Position numbers and translations under genes: made by a program
Notes under the pieces: generated by a model
Told to the model about the DNA's origin: nothing
Seen by the model: only the letters and a program-made list of their open reading frames with translations
Databases searched by the model: none
Assembly (NCBI GenBank): GCA_046732035.1
Contig: JBKPMH010000050.1
Location: forward strand, 1 to 60,231
From: Verrucomicrobiota bacterium
Lineage (GTDB): Bacteria; Verrucomicrobiota; Verrucomicrobiia; Chthoniobacterales; UBA10450
Direction of reading: 5' to 3'
DNA: 60,231 nucleotides
Shown: positions 26,651 through 36,919 of the stretch, in pieces
How the letters are laid out: the number at the start of each line of letters is the position of its first letter
How positions within the stretch are numbered: the first letter of the stretch is position 1

Positions 26651-28891
26651 TCACAATTTCTGTGTGAAGGCCTCAAGCTGATAGCACTCGATCACGTCGC
26701 CGACTTGATATTCACTGAAATCGCCGAGCTTTATTCCACATTCGAGGCCGGAACGGACCTCTTTCACGTCGTCCTGGAAACGCCGCAGCGTTGAAATCCC
26801 ACCATCATATACTGGTTGCCGTTTACGAAGCACGCGAGCCCGAGCCGCTCGAGCAATTCGGCCATTGGTAACAAGGCAGCCAGCCACGATGCCTTTGCTG
26901 AGCTCGAAAACCTGCTTCACTTCGGCATGCCCGATGACCGTTTCGCGATGTTCAGGATCAAGTAAACCGGCCATCGCTTCTTTGATCTGATCGAGCAGCT
27001 CATAGATAATGCTGTAGAGTTTGACTTGAACTCCTTCGCTCTTTGCGGCGGAAACGGCCATGTTCTCCACCTTCACATTGAAACCAACGACTACCGCATT
27101 TGACGCGCTGGCCAGTAGAATGTCCGATTCCGAAATGGGACCGACGGCAGAGTGAATGAGTTCCAGATCGACTTTCTTGCTTTCGATCTGTTTCAATGCG
27201 CCCACTAGGGCTTCCAACGATCCTTGTGCGTCGCACTTCAAGACGATTCGCAGGACCTTGGTTCCTCCGGTGGCTTCGAGAAGACTTTCCAGAGTCGCTC
27301 GCTTTGGAACACTCAATTTGTCACTGCGTTTGGCCAATAGACGTTCTTCGCTCAATGTTTTTGCCGAGCGCTCCGAATCCATTACGAGAAGCTCGTCGCC
27401 CGCGTTCGGTAAGCCGGTAAAACCGAGCACCTTCACTGGCATTGAGGGTGCAGCTTGCTTGACGGGCTTACCTTGGTCGTCCAGCAGCGATTTTACCTTG
27501 CCGCTGTAATCGCCGCAGATAAATGGATCGCCAATTTTTAGGGTGCCCATCTGCACGATGACAGTGGCTGTTGGACCGCGTCCGGCTTCGACCTGTGCTT
27601 CGATCACTGTTCCGCGCGGCGTCGCGGTGGGAGACGCTTTGAGTTCCATGACCTCTGCCTGCAACGCAATCATCTCGAGCAGGTGGTCGATTCCAGTTCC
27701 TTTTGTGGCCGACACAGGGCAAACAATCGTTTCGCCTCCCCAGTCTTCCGGCGTCAGACCCTGTTCCTGGAGTTGCTTCTTTACCCTGTCGATGTTCGCC
27801 GAAGGAAGATCGATTTTGTTGATCGCGACCATGATCTTCACGTGCGTGGCTGCCTTTGCGTGATTAATCGCTTCGATCGTCTGCGGCATGAGCCCATCGT
27901 CAGCGGCAACTACGAGCACTACGATGTCAGTGACATTGGCCCCGCGTGCCCGCATCGCAGTGAAGGCGGCGTGCCCGGGCGTGTCGATAAACGTGAGCGT
28001 CGCCCCGTTGTGAGTGACGCTATACGCACCGATATGCTGCGTTATTCCGCCAGCCTCACCGGCAGCAACACGTGTTTTCCGGATGCCATCCATCAAGGTC
28101 GTCTTCCCATGATCGACGTGTCCCATAAACGTGATAATGGGCGCCCGCGGCTTGAGTTCTTCCTTCTTCTCAATGACTGGTGGCGGAGGCGCGACAACTA
28201 CCTGCTCAACTTTGTGAACGCCTGCTCCCTTTTCGCGACGCTCCTTTTCCAGAACAAATCCATGGCTTTCAGCGATCTTCGACGCGATGTCCGGCTCGAT
28301 CGTCTGGTTAATGTTCGCGAAGATGTTGTAATTCATTAACTCCGCGATCAGTTGATGCGGTTTTAAGCCCAGCTCGGTCGCCAGTTGCTTAACGATAATT
28401 GGCGGCTTGATGAGAATCACTTTCTGGGCAGAAGCTTCTTCCTCAGCAGAAGGCTGCGCGGATGCGTCGGGTGCGGCCTTTTCTTCGGCGACACTCCCAG
28501 TCGTTTCAATTGGGGCCGGTTCTGGAACGGCGCTCTTCTGCGGCGCTGGGGGTTTTGGAGGAGCAGGTGGCGTTTCCAGCGTCGCGCGGATGCGCGAAAT
28601 GGGTGGTAAAACAGCTCGCTTTGGTTTTGGCTCCCCCTCTTCGGACTTTTTGTTCGGCTTTTTTCGGTCGATTAGCGAAACACTTTCTGTTTCGCGACCT
28701 GGATGCTGGGTAGTTTCCGGCTGGGATTTCGAAACGGAAGGCGTCTGTGGCTTACCCACCGACTCCAAGTCTTCCTTTATTTTCTGCTTTGGAAGTTTTG
28801 TCTTGGCTGCGATTGCCGGCTTGCGAGCAGTAGCAGTCCCCCGCGCGGCCGGTTTGCGCGTTGCAGTTTTGCTGCTCGTCTTCGTTGCCAT
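26651..28891 (-). CDS. infB: Translation initiation factor IF-2
   Basis: 746 aa. Lys/Pro/Ala-rich N-terminus, G domain [25 protein letters not shown]. Confidence 0.95.
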   Translation of the reverse strand: MATKTSSKTATRKPAARGTATARKPAIAAKTKLPKQKIKEDLESVGKPQTPSVSKSQPETTQHPGRETESVSLIDRKKPNKKSEEGEPKPKRAVLPPISRIRATLETPPAPPKPPAPQKSAVPEPAPIETTGSVAEEKAAPDASAQPSAEEEASAQKVILIKPPIIVKQLATELGLKPHQLIAELMNYNIFANINQTIEPDIASKIAESHGFVLEKERREKGAGVHKVEQVVVAPPPPVIEKKEELKPRAPIITFMGHVDHGKTTLMDGIRKTRVAAGEAGGITQHIGAYSVTHNGATLTFIDTPGHAAFTAMRARGANVTDIVVLVVAADDGLMPQTIEAINHAKAATHVKIMVAINKIDLPSANIDRVKKQLQEQGLTPEDWGGETIVCPVSATKGTGIDHLLEMIALQAEVMELKASPTATPRGTVIEAQVEAGRGPTATVIVQMGTLKIGDPFICGDYSGKVKSLLDDQGKPVKQAAPSMPVKVLGFTGLPNAGDELLVMDSERSAKTLSEERLLAKRSDKLSVPKRATLESLLEATGGTKVLRIVLKCDAQGSLEALVGALKQIESKKVDLELIHSAVGPISESDILLASASNAVVVGFNVKVENMAVSAAKSEGVQVKLYSIIYELLDQIKEAMAGLLDPEHRETVIGHAEVKQVFELSKGIVAGCLVTNGRIARAARARVLRKRQPVYDGGISTLRRFQDDVKEVRSGLECGIKLGDFSEYQVGDVIECYQLEAFTQKL

Positions 28892-28945
28892 CTTTGTTCG
28901 TTTAAAATTTTGCTCATGGCTCGAGCTTCCCTAAACCAGAGCCAT

Positions 28946-30196
28946 TTATTGCACGAGTTCTTGCCGATGGACGGCCTCGTAAATCTCTCGGGCCTTCGTT
29001 TCATCGACCGCGAGAATATCCACTAAATCCTGCACATCCGCATCGCGCAATCCTTCCAGGTTTGTAAAACCAGATTTTACCAGGGTCAGCGCTTGCTCTT
29101 CAGTAACAGGCAATGCGCTCGCAAGGGTTTGTGCCGCTTGCGCTACCTTTTGTTCTACCACAGTGGTCGCTGATGTGTCCTTGCCAATGTTGATCTCCCA
29201 ACCGGTCAAACGCGAAGTTAACCGCGCATTTTGTCCTTTCTTCCCGATCGCCAGAGACAGCTGATCTTCATCAACTGAAATCTGAACACTTTTCTTCTCT
29301 GTATCGAAAACGAGGTTCTTCACTTTTGCGGGTTTGAGCGCTTCCAAAACGTATTCCTTTGGGTCTGAGCTCCAGCGAATGATATCGACCTTCTCGTTGT
29401 TCAATTCGCGTACAATGTTTTTCACGCGCGACCCTCGCATCCCCACACACGCGCCCACAGGATCGACCTTTTCGTTTGCGCTCCACACTGCGATCTTGGT
29501 GCGATAGCCTGCTTCGCGCGCGATGCCGCGAATTTCCACTGTGCCGTCTGCGATCTCGCTGACTTCCAACTCGAACAGGCGGCGCACAAAATTGGGATGG
29601 CTGCGTGATACGATGATCTCAGGACCGCGAATTCCGTTTTCCACGGCTACGACATATGCACGAAGTCGATCACCCACGTTGTAGTCTTCTACCACCACCC
29701 GCTCGCGCTGCGGCATGACGGCCTCAAATTTTCCGAGATCGAGAATGACGTCCGAACGGTCGAAGCGCCGTACCGTGCCGCTAACGATTTCGCCGGCGCG
29801 ATCTTTGAACTCCTCATAAATCATTTCTTTTTCAGCCTGGCGAATCCGCTGCATCATGGCTTGTTTGGCCGTCTGTGCGGCGATCCGGCCGAAGTTTTTC
29901 GGAGTTACTTCCACTTCGATGATATCGCCGACGTTTGCATCAGCCTTGATTTTCCGCGCTCGCGATAGTTCGATTTCGTCCTGGGGATTAGCGACTTCAT
30001 CTACGACCACGAGATTGGCCAGAGCCCGGATTTCTCCAGTCTTGGGATTGATGTCGATTCGCAGCTCGCGTGAAGCGCTGACGCTCTTCTTCGAGGCTGA
30101 GAGCAGGGCATTCGAAACTGCCTCGAGGAGGATTTCACGCTTAATCCCGCGCTCCCGCTCCAGGTAATCGAGCATCGCAATAAATTCTGCGTTCAT
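28946..30196 (-). CDS. nusA: Transcription termination/antitermination factor NusA
   Basis: 416 aa. N-terminal domain, S1 domain (GEIVSGTVRRFDR), two KH domains (VGACVGMRGSRV, AIGKKGQNARL). Confidence 0.95.
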   Translation of the reverse strand: MNAEFIAMLDYLERERGIKREILLEAVSNALLSASKKSVSASRELRIDINPKTGEIRALANLVVVDEVANPQDEIELSRARKIKADANVGDIIEVEVTPKNFGRIAAQTAKQAMMQRIRQAEKEMIYEEFKDRAGEIVSGTVRRFDRSDVILDLGKFEAVMPQRERVVVEDYNVGDRLRAYVVAVENGIRGPEIIVSRSHPNFVRRLFELEVSEIADGTVEIRGIAREAGYRTKIAVWSANEKVDPVGACVGMRGSRVKNIVRELNNEKVDIIRWSSDPKEYVLEALKPAKVKNLVFDTEKKSVQISVDEDQLSLAIGKKGQNARLTSRLTGWEINIGKDTSATTVVEQKVAQAAQTLASALPVTEEQALTLVKSGFTNLEGLRDADVQDLVDILAVDETKAREIYEAVHRQELVQ

Positions 30197-30353
30197 AAAA
30201 CATGTAGCCCGCAGACTAAAAAGAGTGGGACGCCAGTTCCCACTCCGATCAGCGCGCGGACTCGACGCTTAGTTTACGTTCTCAACAGTTTCCCGTCAAC
30301 TGACGTTCGGCTTGATTTGAGCTTCAACGTCCAATATCGAACGTGCAGCACCC

Positions 30354-31769
30354 ATGAATTCCCGCTTCGCAGCCGTTCTTATCGTGCTTCTGGTGTGGGC
30401 GGTAATTTATTTACCGGCACTTGGTTCTATCGCAATCAAAGGAGAAGAAGGAAGACGAATTTTGCCGGCGATTAGAATGCTGGAGACCGGTAACTACATC
30501 GTCCCCGAAGTTGGAGGAAATCCATATTTCCGAAAGCCGCCTCTCGTGAACTGGATGGTGGCGGGGTCTTTTCGGATTTTTGGAGTACATAACGAGTGGA
30601 CAGCACGCCTGCCATCGGCAGCTCTCGTGCTCGCGGTGGCCGTTGCATTTGTCACCGTAGCTCGTGCCAGTCTCGGCGCAGCAGGATCCATCCTCGCGGC
30701 TCTGATGTGGATGACAAATATTGGGATGATCGAAAAAGGCCGGTTGATTGAAATCGAAGCGCTATATGTCTCGCTTTGTGGCCTCGCGACCATTTTTTGG
30801 CTGAGCTTTTTTTTTCAACGGAGATCTCCATGGCTCATCTGGGTGCCAGCGTGCATTTTTTTAGGGCTTGGGCTCCTGGCAAAAGGACCAGTCCATCTCA
30901 TATTTTTCTACGCCACCGCGGTTGCTGTCGTTTGGCAGTTAAAGGAGTGGCGGGTTCTTGTTCATCCTGCCCATTTTGTTGGTTTGGCGATCATGCTCGG
31001 GATCTTCGCGGCGTGGGCGATCCCTTTCCTAAACAGCACGACGACACACGTAGCGGCGGTGAAATGGTCAAATCAATTTACAGGCCGGCTCCATGGCATT
31101 GATTTCAAGTTCGTCAATTGGATTCAGAACATCCCGCGCAGCCTGATTTACTTTCTACCCTGGGTTCTCTTGTTCCCTTTCGTCCGGTTTTCAAAGTTTC
31201 ACAGCCACGCTGACCAACAGCTGGCGCGCGGTCTCGCCTGGGGAATAGCAATACCATTTGTCGCTCTAAACCTCGTGCCTGGTGCGTTGCCTCGATACAG
31301 CATGCCGGAAATAGCACCAGCTTCGTGGTTGTTGGCGATGAGCTGTGCTGGGCATGCATTGCAATGGCCGTGGGACAAAGGAACGCCAGACCAGGGAACA
31401 TGGAAAAAAATCGTCGCGCTGTTTGTCGGCATTGGACTTGTAATTGGAGGAATCGGGTACCCAGTCGCGGCGGTCGTTGTCAGTAATCGGCAACAAGTCA
31501 AAAAGGCTGCAGAGCAAATTAATGCTCTTGTTCCGGCGAACGAGACGCTTTATGCGGTGGATCCAGAGTATCAACCGGTGTTTTTTTATGTGAAGGCGCG
31601 GCTGGAATATGTGAGTTGCGTCCGGGAGCTACCCGGAAACGCGCATTATTTTCTCATCCAAAACGAGAAAGAAACGGAAGTGGCAAACACACCGCGACAG
31701 GCGCATCTCCGCGCTCGCGTGCGAGATTATCGCAAACGGGAGCTGCTTCTCTTTGAAGTTGGCCCTTAA
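30354..31769 (+). CDS. Glycosyltransferase family 39 (ArnT/PMT-like) membrane protein
   Basis: 471 aa, polytopic. The N-terminal loop GEEGRRILPAIRMLETGNYIVPEVGGNPYFRKPPLVNW is typical of GT39/ArnT. Confidence 0.8.
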   Translation: MNSRFAAVLIVLLVWAVIYLPALGSIAIKGEEGRRILPAIRMLETGNYIVPEVGGNPYFRKPPLVNWMVAGSFRIFGVHNEWTARLPSAALVLAVAVAFVTVARASLGAAGSILAALMWMTNIGMIEKGRLIEIEALYVSLCGLATIFWLSFFFQRRSPWLIWVPACIFLGLGLLAKGPVHLIFFYATAVAVVWQLKEWRVLVHPAHFVGLAIMLGIFAAWAIPFLNSTTTHVAAVKWSNQFTGRLHGIDFKFVNWIQNIPRSLIYFLPWVLLFPFVRFSKFHSHADQQLARGLAWGIAIPFVALNLVPGALPRYSMPEIAPASWLLAMSCAGHALQWPWDKGTPDQGTWKKIVALFVGIGLVIGGIGYPVAAVVVSNRQQVKKAAEQINALVPANETLYAVDPEYQPVFFYVKARLEYVSCVRELPGNAHYFLIQNEKETEVANTPRQAHLRARVRDYRKRELLLFEVGP

Positions 31770-31800
31770 ATAAGATTGACACGCTGCGAGATCGGAATTG

Positions 31801-31814
31801 GTTAGCATGCTAAC
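31801..31814. promoter_or_regulatory. Perfect 14-bp palindrome, candidate MarR operator
   Basis: GTTAGCATGCTAAC sits 17 nt upstream of the ATG at 31831. A TTGACA hexamer lies at 31776-31781. Confidence 0.5.
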
Positions 31815-31830
31815 TAATTCATTTACGCCC

Positions 31831-32304
31831 ATGTCCGACGATGAAACATTGGGGCCGCTGCTTCATGGGACTGCTCGTGCCTGGCGGCTAAAGTTGGATG
31901 AACGATTGAAGCCAATGGGCCTGAGTCAGGCAAAGTGGCGGACGCTGCTGCATCTCTCACTGGCGGGAGATGCTCTTACACAAGCCGAAATAGCGCAGCG
32001 GCTTGGGATTGAAGAGCCGTCATTGGTGACATTGTTGCACCGTCTGGAGAACGAGGGCTGGATCATCCGCAGAAGTTCACCGCACGACCGTCGCTGTAAA
32101 ATGGTGCTTCTCGGCCGGCGTGCTCAACGGGTGATTTCCCAAATCAACGCAGCCGCCGAAAAACTTCGTCGCGAACTATTAGAAAACGTTTCGGCGACAG
32201 ACTTGCGTACCTGCGTGCGCGTGCTCACCCAGATTTGCGAAAAGGCGGAAGGAAAAAATGGAAACGGTGAGCTGGCGAAATTTCAATCCACGGTAAGAAA
32301 ATGA
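31831..32304 (+). CDS. MarR family transcriptional regulator
   Basis: Winged-helix segment LSQAKWRTLLHLSL..LTQAEIAQRLGIEEPSLVTLLHRLENEGWIIR..DRR. The ORF is open from TTG 31798, but ATG 31831 lies downstream of the palindrome. Confidence 0.85.
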   Translation: MSDDETLGPLLHGTARAWRLKLDERLKPMGLSQAKWRTLLHLSLAGDALTQAEIAQRLGIEEPSLVTLLHRLENEGWIIRRSSPHDRRCKMVLLGRRAQRVISQINAAAEKLRRELLENVSATDLRTCVRVLTQICEKAEGKNGNGELAKFQSTVRK

Positions 32305-33500
32305 ACATTGTGCAAGAGCAAGAGCATCGCGTCGCGCGCAAGGCGCCAACGCCAGCGAAAGTCGGACGAAGGAGGATGCACTCGATTCCGCGATGGGCTT
32401 ACCTGCTTTTTGCTGTCCTCGCGGTTTTGGTTCTGTGGCGCACGTTTCAGCGCGGTGTCGGTGCGTTGAAACCGGCGCAGGCTCCGGTGCGTCCTGTGAC
32501 CGTAGCCAAAGTCGTTACAAAAGATGTACCGCTTTATCTCGATGAAATCGGAACCTGCGCCGCTTACGAAACTGTGCTGGTGCAGGCGCAGGTAAGCGGG
32601 CAAATCATCACACGCGATTTTCAAGATGGAGCCGATGTGAAAAAGGGTGATCCTCTCTTCACCATTGATCCGCGCCCGTTTCAAGCGGTCCTAGACCAGG
32701 ACAAAGCGCAAGCCGCGTTAGATCAGGTGAATCTGAAGCGGCAAGAAGACTTGCGCGCAAGAAAAGTGATATCGCAGCAGGACTACGACACTGCCGTGGC
32801 GAACGCGCAAAAGTCCCAGGCTGCCGTGGAGGCTGCCCAGGTAAACGTTGATTTTTGCTACATTAAATCCCCAATTAACGGACGGGTAGGTTTGCGTAAC
32901 GTTGACGTTGGCAACCTGGTTGGACCCTCGACCCCGCCGCTTGTTACCATTCTGGGTTTGGACCCGATTTACACCGATTTCACTGTGGCTGAGAACGATC
33001 TTCCGTTGGTACGAAAGTATCTCGGCGGTCCGAACGTGAAAGTGCAAACCTACCTGCCGGATGGTTCGATCACGCCGCGTACGGGCGATCTTTACTTCAT
33101 TGATAACGCAGTCCAGCCAGGCTCCGGAACGGTGAAGGCCCGCGGGGTCACGCCGAATCCTGACCGCGCGCTGTGGCCCTCCGAATTTGTGCGGGTCCGT
33201 TTCATCCTAGACACACTTAAAAACGCGACGCTTGTTCCGTCGCAAGCCGTCCAGGTTAGCCAGGGCGGGCCGTTTGTGTTTGTGCTGAAACCCGACAACA
33301 CTGTCGATCTTCGTCCCGTGAAGCCGGGCCAACGGCAGGAAGGCGACCTCACTGTGATCGAGGGCGTAAAACCTAACGAGACTGTGGTTGTGACCGGGCA
33401 GCTTGCGCTTTCGCCAGGAGCGAAAGTGGCACCCCAGCCGTACGTTCCTCAAAACTCCGACAAAACTCAGGGCTCCGCAGTTTCAGAAAGCGCACTGTGA
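32301..33500 (+). CDS. Efflux RND transporter periplasmic adaptor (MFP) subunit
   Basis: 399 aa. TM anchor, lipoyl/hairpin/barrel pattern (VSGQIITRDFQDGADVKKGDPLFTIDPRPFQ...YCYIKSPINGRVG). Overlaps the marR stop by 4 nt. Confidence 0.88.
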   Translation: MNIVQEQEHRVARKAPTPAKVGRRRMHSIPRWAYLLFAVLAVLVLWRTFQRGVGALKPAQAPVRPVTVAKVVTKDVPLYLDEIGTCAAYETVLVQAQVSGQIITRDFQDGADVKKGDPLFTIDPRPFQAVLDQDKAQAALDQVNLKRQEDLRARKVISQQDYDTAVANAQKSQAAVEAAQVNVDFCYIKSPINGRVGLRNVDVGNLVGPSTPPLVTILGLDPIYTDFTVAENDLPLVRKYLGGPNVKVQTYLPDGSITPRTGDLYFIDNAVQPGSGTVKARGVTPNPDRALWPSEFVRVRFILDTLKNATLVPSQAVQVSQGGPFVFVLKPDNTVDLRPVKPGQRQEGDLTVIEGVKPNETVVVTGQLALSPGAKVAPQPYVPQNSDKTQGSAVSESAL

Positions 33501-36500
33501 TAATGAACGATGCGGAGGAACATGACGGCGCACGCGGAGTAAAGGACAGGAATCGTCGCAGATCGACATCGTTTGCCGGGAAATTACCCGAGCCGACTGC
33601 AACGTTAGTCCCGGTAGAAGGTTCGGGGCTCTCCGGACCTTTTATTCGTCGGCCGGTGATGACCGTGCTGCTGACATTGTCTGTGATCGTTGCTGGCCTG
33701 GCGACTTACGGGAAGCTTGCGGTCAATGATCTTCCGGCAGTCGATTACCCGGTCATTCAAGTCAGCTGCTCCTATCCTGGCGCGGATCCCACCACGATGG
33801 CCAACAACATTGCCACGCCGTTGGAAAAACAATTTCTGCAAATCCCGGGGCTCGACATCATCACCAGCAACAGCACGCAGGGCAATACCTCGTTCACTTT
33901 GCAGTTCGTTCTGAGCAAAAGCATCGTCGACGCCGCGACTGATGTGCAGGCCGCTATTCAGCGTGCCACGGGCAAGCTGCCACTCGATCTGCCGAGCCCT
34001 CCCACGTTCACCAAGACGAACCCGAACGATCAGTCCGTTTATTTGTTAGCCTTAATGTCAGACACACTGACGGATTGGGACCTGTATAAATACGCGTCCA
34101 CCGTAGTGGCTCAGCGCATCAACATTCTGCCAGGGGTTTCGCAGGTGAATATTTACGGGGTGCAAGGTGCGATTCGGATCAAAGCCGACCCGTCGGCACT
34201 GGCTGCGCGGGGCCTGACCATGGATGATCTGGCCAGCGGGATTAAATCGGGAACTGTCTATTCCGGCGCAGGACAATTCGATGGCGCGCATCGTACCTTC
34301 GTGCTGCAACCCAATGGACAGATTGATCAGGCCGAGGGATATCGCGGGTTGATCGTTGCCCGCAATCCAAACGGCTCGCCGGTCTACCTCCGCGACGTGG
34401 CTGATGTGCGCCAAAGCGTACAGGATGAGCGTATATCGCGCTTTTTCTGGGTGCGCGGTTTTAAGCCGCCTGGTTCCGTGGTCGTGCTTGCGGTTTCACG
34501 GCAGGCAGGCGCAAACGCAGTGGAAGTTGCCAGGTCTGTGAAAGCGCTTTTTCCGGAGCTACGCGCGAGCTTGCCAGGGTCAATCCAGTTCACGCCAGTG
34601 TTCGACCGGTCGCAAACCATCGTCAATTCTGCTGACGAAGTGAAATGGACTCTGATCATCGCGTTCGTCTTGGTAGTAGGCGTCATCTACGTATTTCTCG
34701 GCCGCGCTACAGACACGTTGATCCCTGCTGTGGCGCTACCAATGTCATTGCTGCTCACAGTGGCCGTGATGTACATGCTCAATTTTTCCATCAACAATCT
34801 CACGTTGATGGCGCTTACGCTGGCCATCGGTTTCCTTGTCGATGACGCGATCGTGTTTTTAGAAAACGTGGTGCGACGCGCCGAGCACGGTGAGTCCATC
34901 CTTAAAGCGACATTCAACAGCGCCGGCGAAATTTCTTTCACAATCCTGTCGATGACCCTTTCGCTCGCGGCAGTTTTCATTCCGCTCGTGTTCATCCCCG
35001 GATTGCTCGGTCGCATTTTCCGCGAATTCTCCGTCACGATCATCGTGGCGATTCTAGCATCCGGCCTTGTGTCACTGACACTCACGCCTTTGATGTGCGC
35101 GCGCATTTTGGGCGAGCGCAAGGCCGGCCACAAACGCGCCTGGATGGAACGGCACACCACCAATTTCATCCAGCGTATAATTGCTTCTTACGGTCGCGCG
35201 CTGGACTGGTTTCTCGATCGTGCGTGGCTCACTGTGCCGATCGTGCTAGCCTGCATTCTTGGGCTGTGGTTCTTCTTCACCCATTTACCCTTTACGTTGT
35301 TGCCACCTGGCGACAGCGGCTTCATTCGCGGAGTATTTATCTCCAAGGAAGGCTCGTCACCTGCGCAGATGCGGGCGTATCAGGCGGAGGTCAATAAGAA
35401 AATCCAAGAAGATCCGGCCGTTGGTCAATTTTTCACACTCGCTGGCTTCTCTTCACGCACCCCATTGTCACAGGGCCTGTTATTCCTTTTTCTAAAGCCG
35501 CGTGGCGAGCGTCCGCCCGTGGATCAAATTATCTTACGACTGCAAAAATCGCTTGGTTCTATTCCCGGCATCACCGCTGTGTTAACGCCAAGCCCGGTAC
35601 TACAAATTAGTGTTGGTGCCACGAGCCAGACCCAAGGGCAGTATGCCTATACTATTAGTGGTATCGTGCCGCAGGACGTTTACACCGTAGCCGACCAGCT
35701 GATGGAAAAGCTGCAACAGTTTAAAGGCTTCGCCAGTGTCCGCTCCGACTACTACCACGATACGCCAAATCTTAAGATCGACATCAACCGGGATCGCGCG
35801 GCGACCTACGGCGTGTCTACTTCTGCCATCCAAAGTCTGATGCGCAACGCTTACTCGCAAAATTACGTCTATCTAATCAAGGAACCTGACGACCAATACC
35901 AGGTAATTCTCGAAGTCAAAGACAAGGAACGGGCGCACCCTGACGACTTGGGCGATCTATATGTACGCAGCAGCACCAGCGGCAATTTCAGCGCAAGCGG
36001 CTCGGGTGGGGGAACGATTGCCACAACAACAGGCGACATGTCTAACCTCGTCCCGATGCGTGTGGTAACCTCGACGAAAGAGGTTATTGGTCCGCAGGCG
36101 GTGAACCACTTAAACCAGTTCACCAGTGTCACATTCAACTTCAACTTGTTGCCAGACGTTGCGATCGGCGATGCAACCAAGTTCATCGAGGACGCTTTCG
36201 CGCAAATCCATCCCAATTATCCGACTGTGCAGGGTATCTTTCAGGGAGAAACACTCGTGTTCCAGCAGCTGTTCCGATCTCTGCCTCTGCTGCTGCTGGC
36301 CGCGGTCTTTGTTATGTATGTGATTCTGGGAATTCTTTACGAAAGCTATGTGCATCCCTTCACGGTCCTATTCCCGGCGATCGTCCCCGCAGTAGTGGGC
36401 GGACTGGCCACACTGTATCTCTTTCACTCAGTGCTCTCACTTTACAGCGTCATCGGGCTTTTTCTGTTGTTAGGCATCGTGAAGAAGAACGGGATCATGG

Positions 36501-36868
36501 TTGTCGATTTCGCTTTGCAACGGATTGATGAAGGTTGGGACCTTCGCTCGGCTATTCACGAAGCCAGCATGGAACGCTTTCGTCCCATTATGATGACCAC
36601 ACTGGCCGCATTGATGGGCGCAATACCGATTGCGCTTGGGTTTGGACAGGACGCTGCATCACGCCGGCCGCTCGGTCTGGTAATCGTGGGGGGCCTGATT
36701 TTCTCCCAGTTGATTACGCTGTTTGTGACGCCAGTCATTTATCTCTGGCTGGAATGGTTCCAGGAACACGTGCTCGACAGAGTGCCATTTCTGCGCAGTG
36801 CGCACACCCATCACGAAGGCGAATCCGCGACGGAAGAATTGCGGCCTGAGCCGGCGGGCGTTCATTGA
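33497..36868 (+). CDS. Efflux RND transporter permease (HAE1, AcrB/MdtB-C-like)
   Basis: 1123 aa. FIRRPVMTVLLTL, 12-TM layout, VDDAIVFLENV, GIVKKNGIMVVDFA. GTG start overlapping the MFP stop. About 45 aa of N-terminal extension precede the usual FIRRPV. Confidence 0.92.
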   Translation: MIMNDAEEHDGARGVKDRNRRRSTSFAGKLPEPTATLVPVEGSGLSGPFIRRPVMTVLLTLSVIVAGLATYGKLAVNDLPAVDYPVIQVSCSYPGADPTTMANNIATPLEKQFLQIPGLDIITSNSTQGNTSFTLQFVLSKSIVDAATDVQAAIQRATGKLPLDLPSPPTFTKTNPNDQSVYLLALMSDTLTDWDLYKYASTVVAQRINILPGVSQVNIYGVQGAIRIKADPSALAARGLTMDDLASGIKSGTVYSGAGQFDGAHRTFVLQPNGQIDQAEGYRGLIVARNPNGSPVYLRDVADVRQSVQDERISRFFWVRGFKPPGSVVVLAVSRQAGANAVEVARSVKALFPELRASLPGSIQFTPVFDRSQTIVNSADEVKWTLIIAFVLVVGVIYVFLGRATDTLIPAVALPMSLLLTVAVMYMLNFSINNLTLMALTLAIGFLVDDAIVFLENVVRRAEHGESILKATFNSAGEISFTILSMTLSLAAVFIPLVFIPGLLGRIFREFSVTIIVAILASGLVSLTLTPLMCARILGERKAGHKRAWMERHTTNFIQRIIASYGRALDWFLDRAWLTVPIVLACILGLWFFFTHLPFTLLPPGDSGFIRGVFISKEGSSPAQMRAYQAEVNKKIQEDPAVGQFFTLAGFSSRTPLSQGLLFLFLKPRGERPPVDQIILRLQKSLGSIPGITAVLTPSPVLQISVGATSQTQGQYAYTISGIVPQDVYTVADQLMEKLQQFKGFASVRSDYYHDTPNLKIDINRDRAATYGVSTSAIQSLMRNAYSQNYVYLIKEPDDQYQVILEVKDKERAHPDDLGDLYVRSSTSGNFSASGSGGGTIATTTGDMSNLVPMRVVTSTKEVIGPQAVNHLNQFTSVTFNFNLLPDVAIGDATKFIEDAFAQIHPNYPTVQGIFQGETLVFQQLFRSLPLLLLAAVFVMYVILGILYESYVHPFTVLFPAIVPAVVGGLATLYLFHSVLSLYSVIGLFLLLGIVKKNGIMVVDFALQRIDEGWDLRSAIHEASMERFRPIMMTTLAALMGAIPIALGFGQDAASRRPLGLVIVGGLIFSQLITLFVTPVIYLWLEWFQEHVLDRVPFLRSAHTHHEGESATEELRPEPAGVH

Positions 36869-36919
36869 TCAAGGTATAACGGCGTAACCCTTTTAAGTGC
36901 CTTAAGTTGGCGAAGTCTC

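Noticed and set aside
28407-28934. 175-aa Gly/Ala/Ser-rich ORF on the + strand
   Set aside because: It is antisense to the Pro/Ala/Lys-rich N-terminus of IF-2, a mirror-image low-complexity frame.
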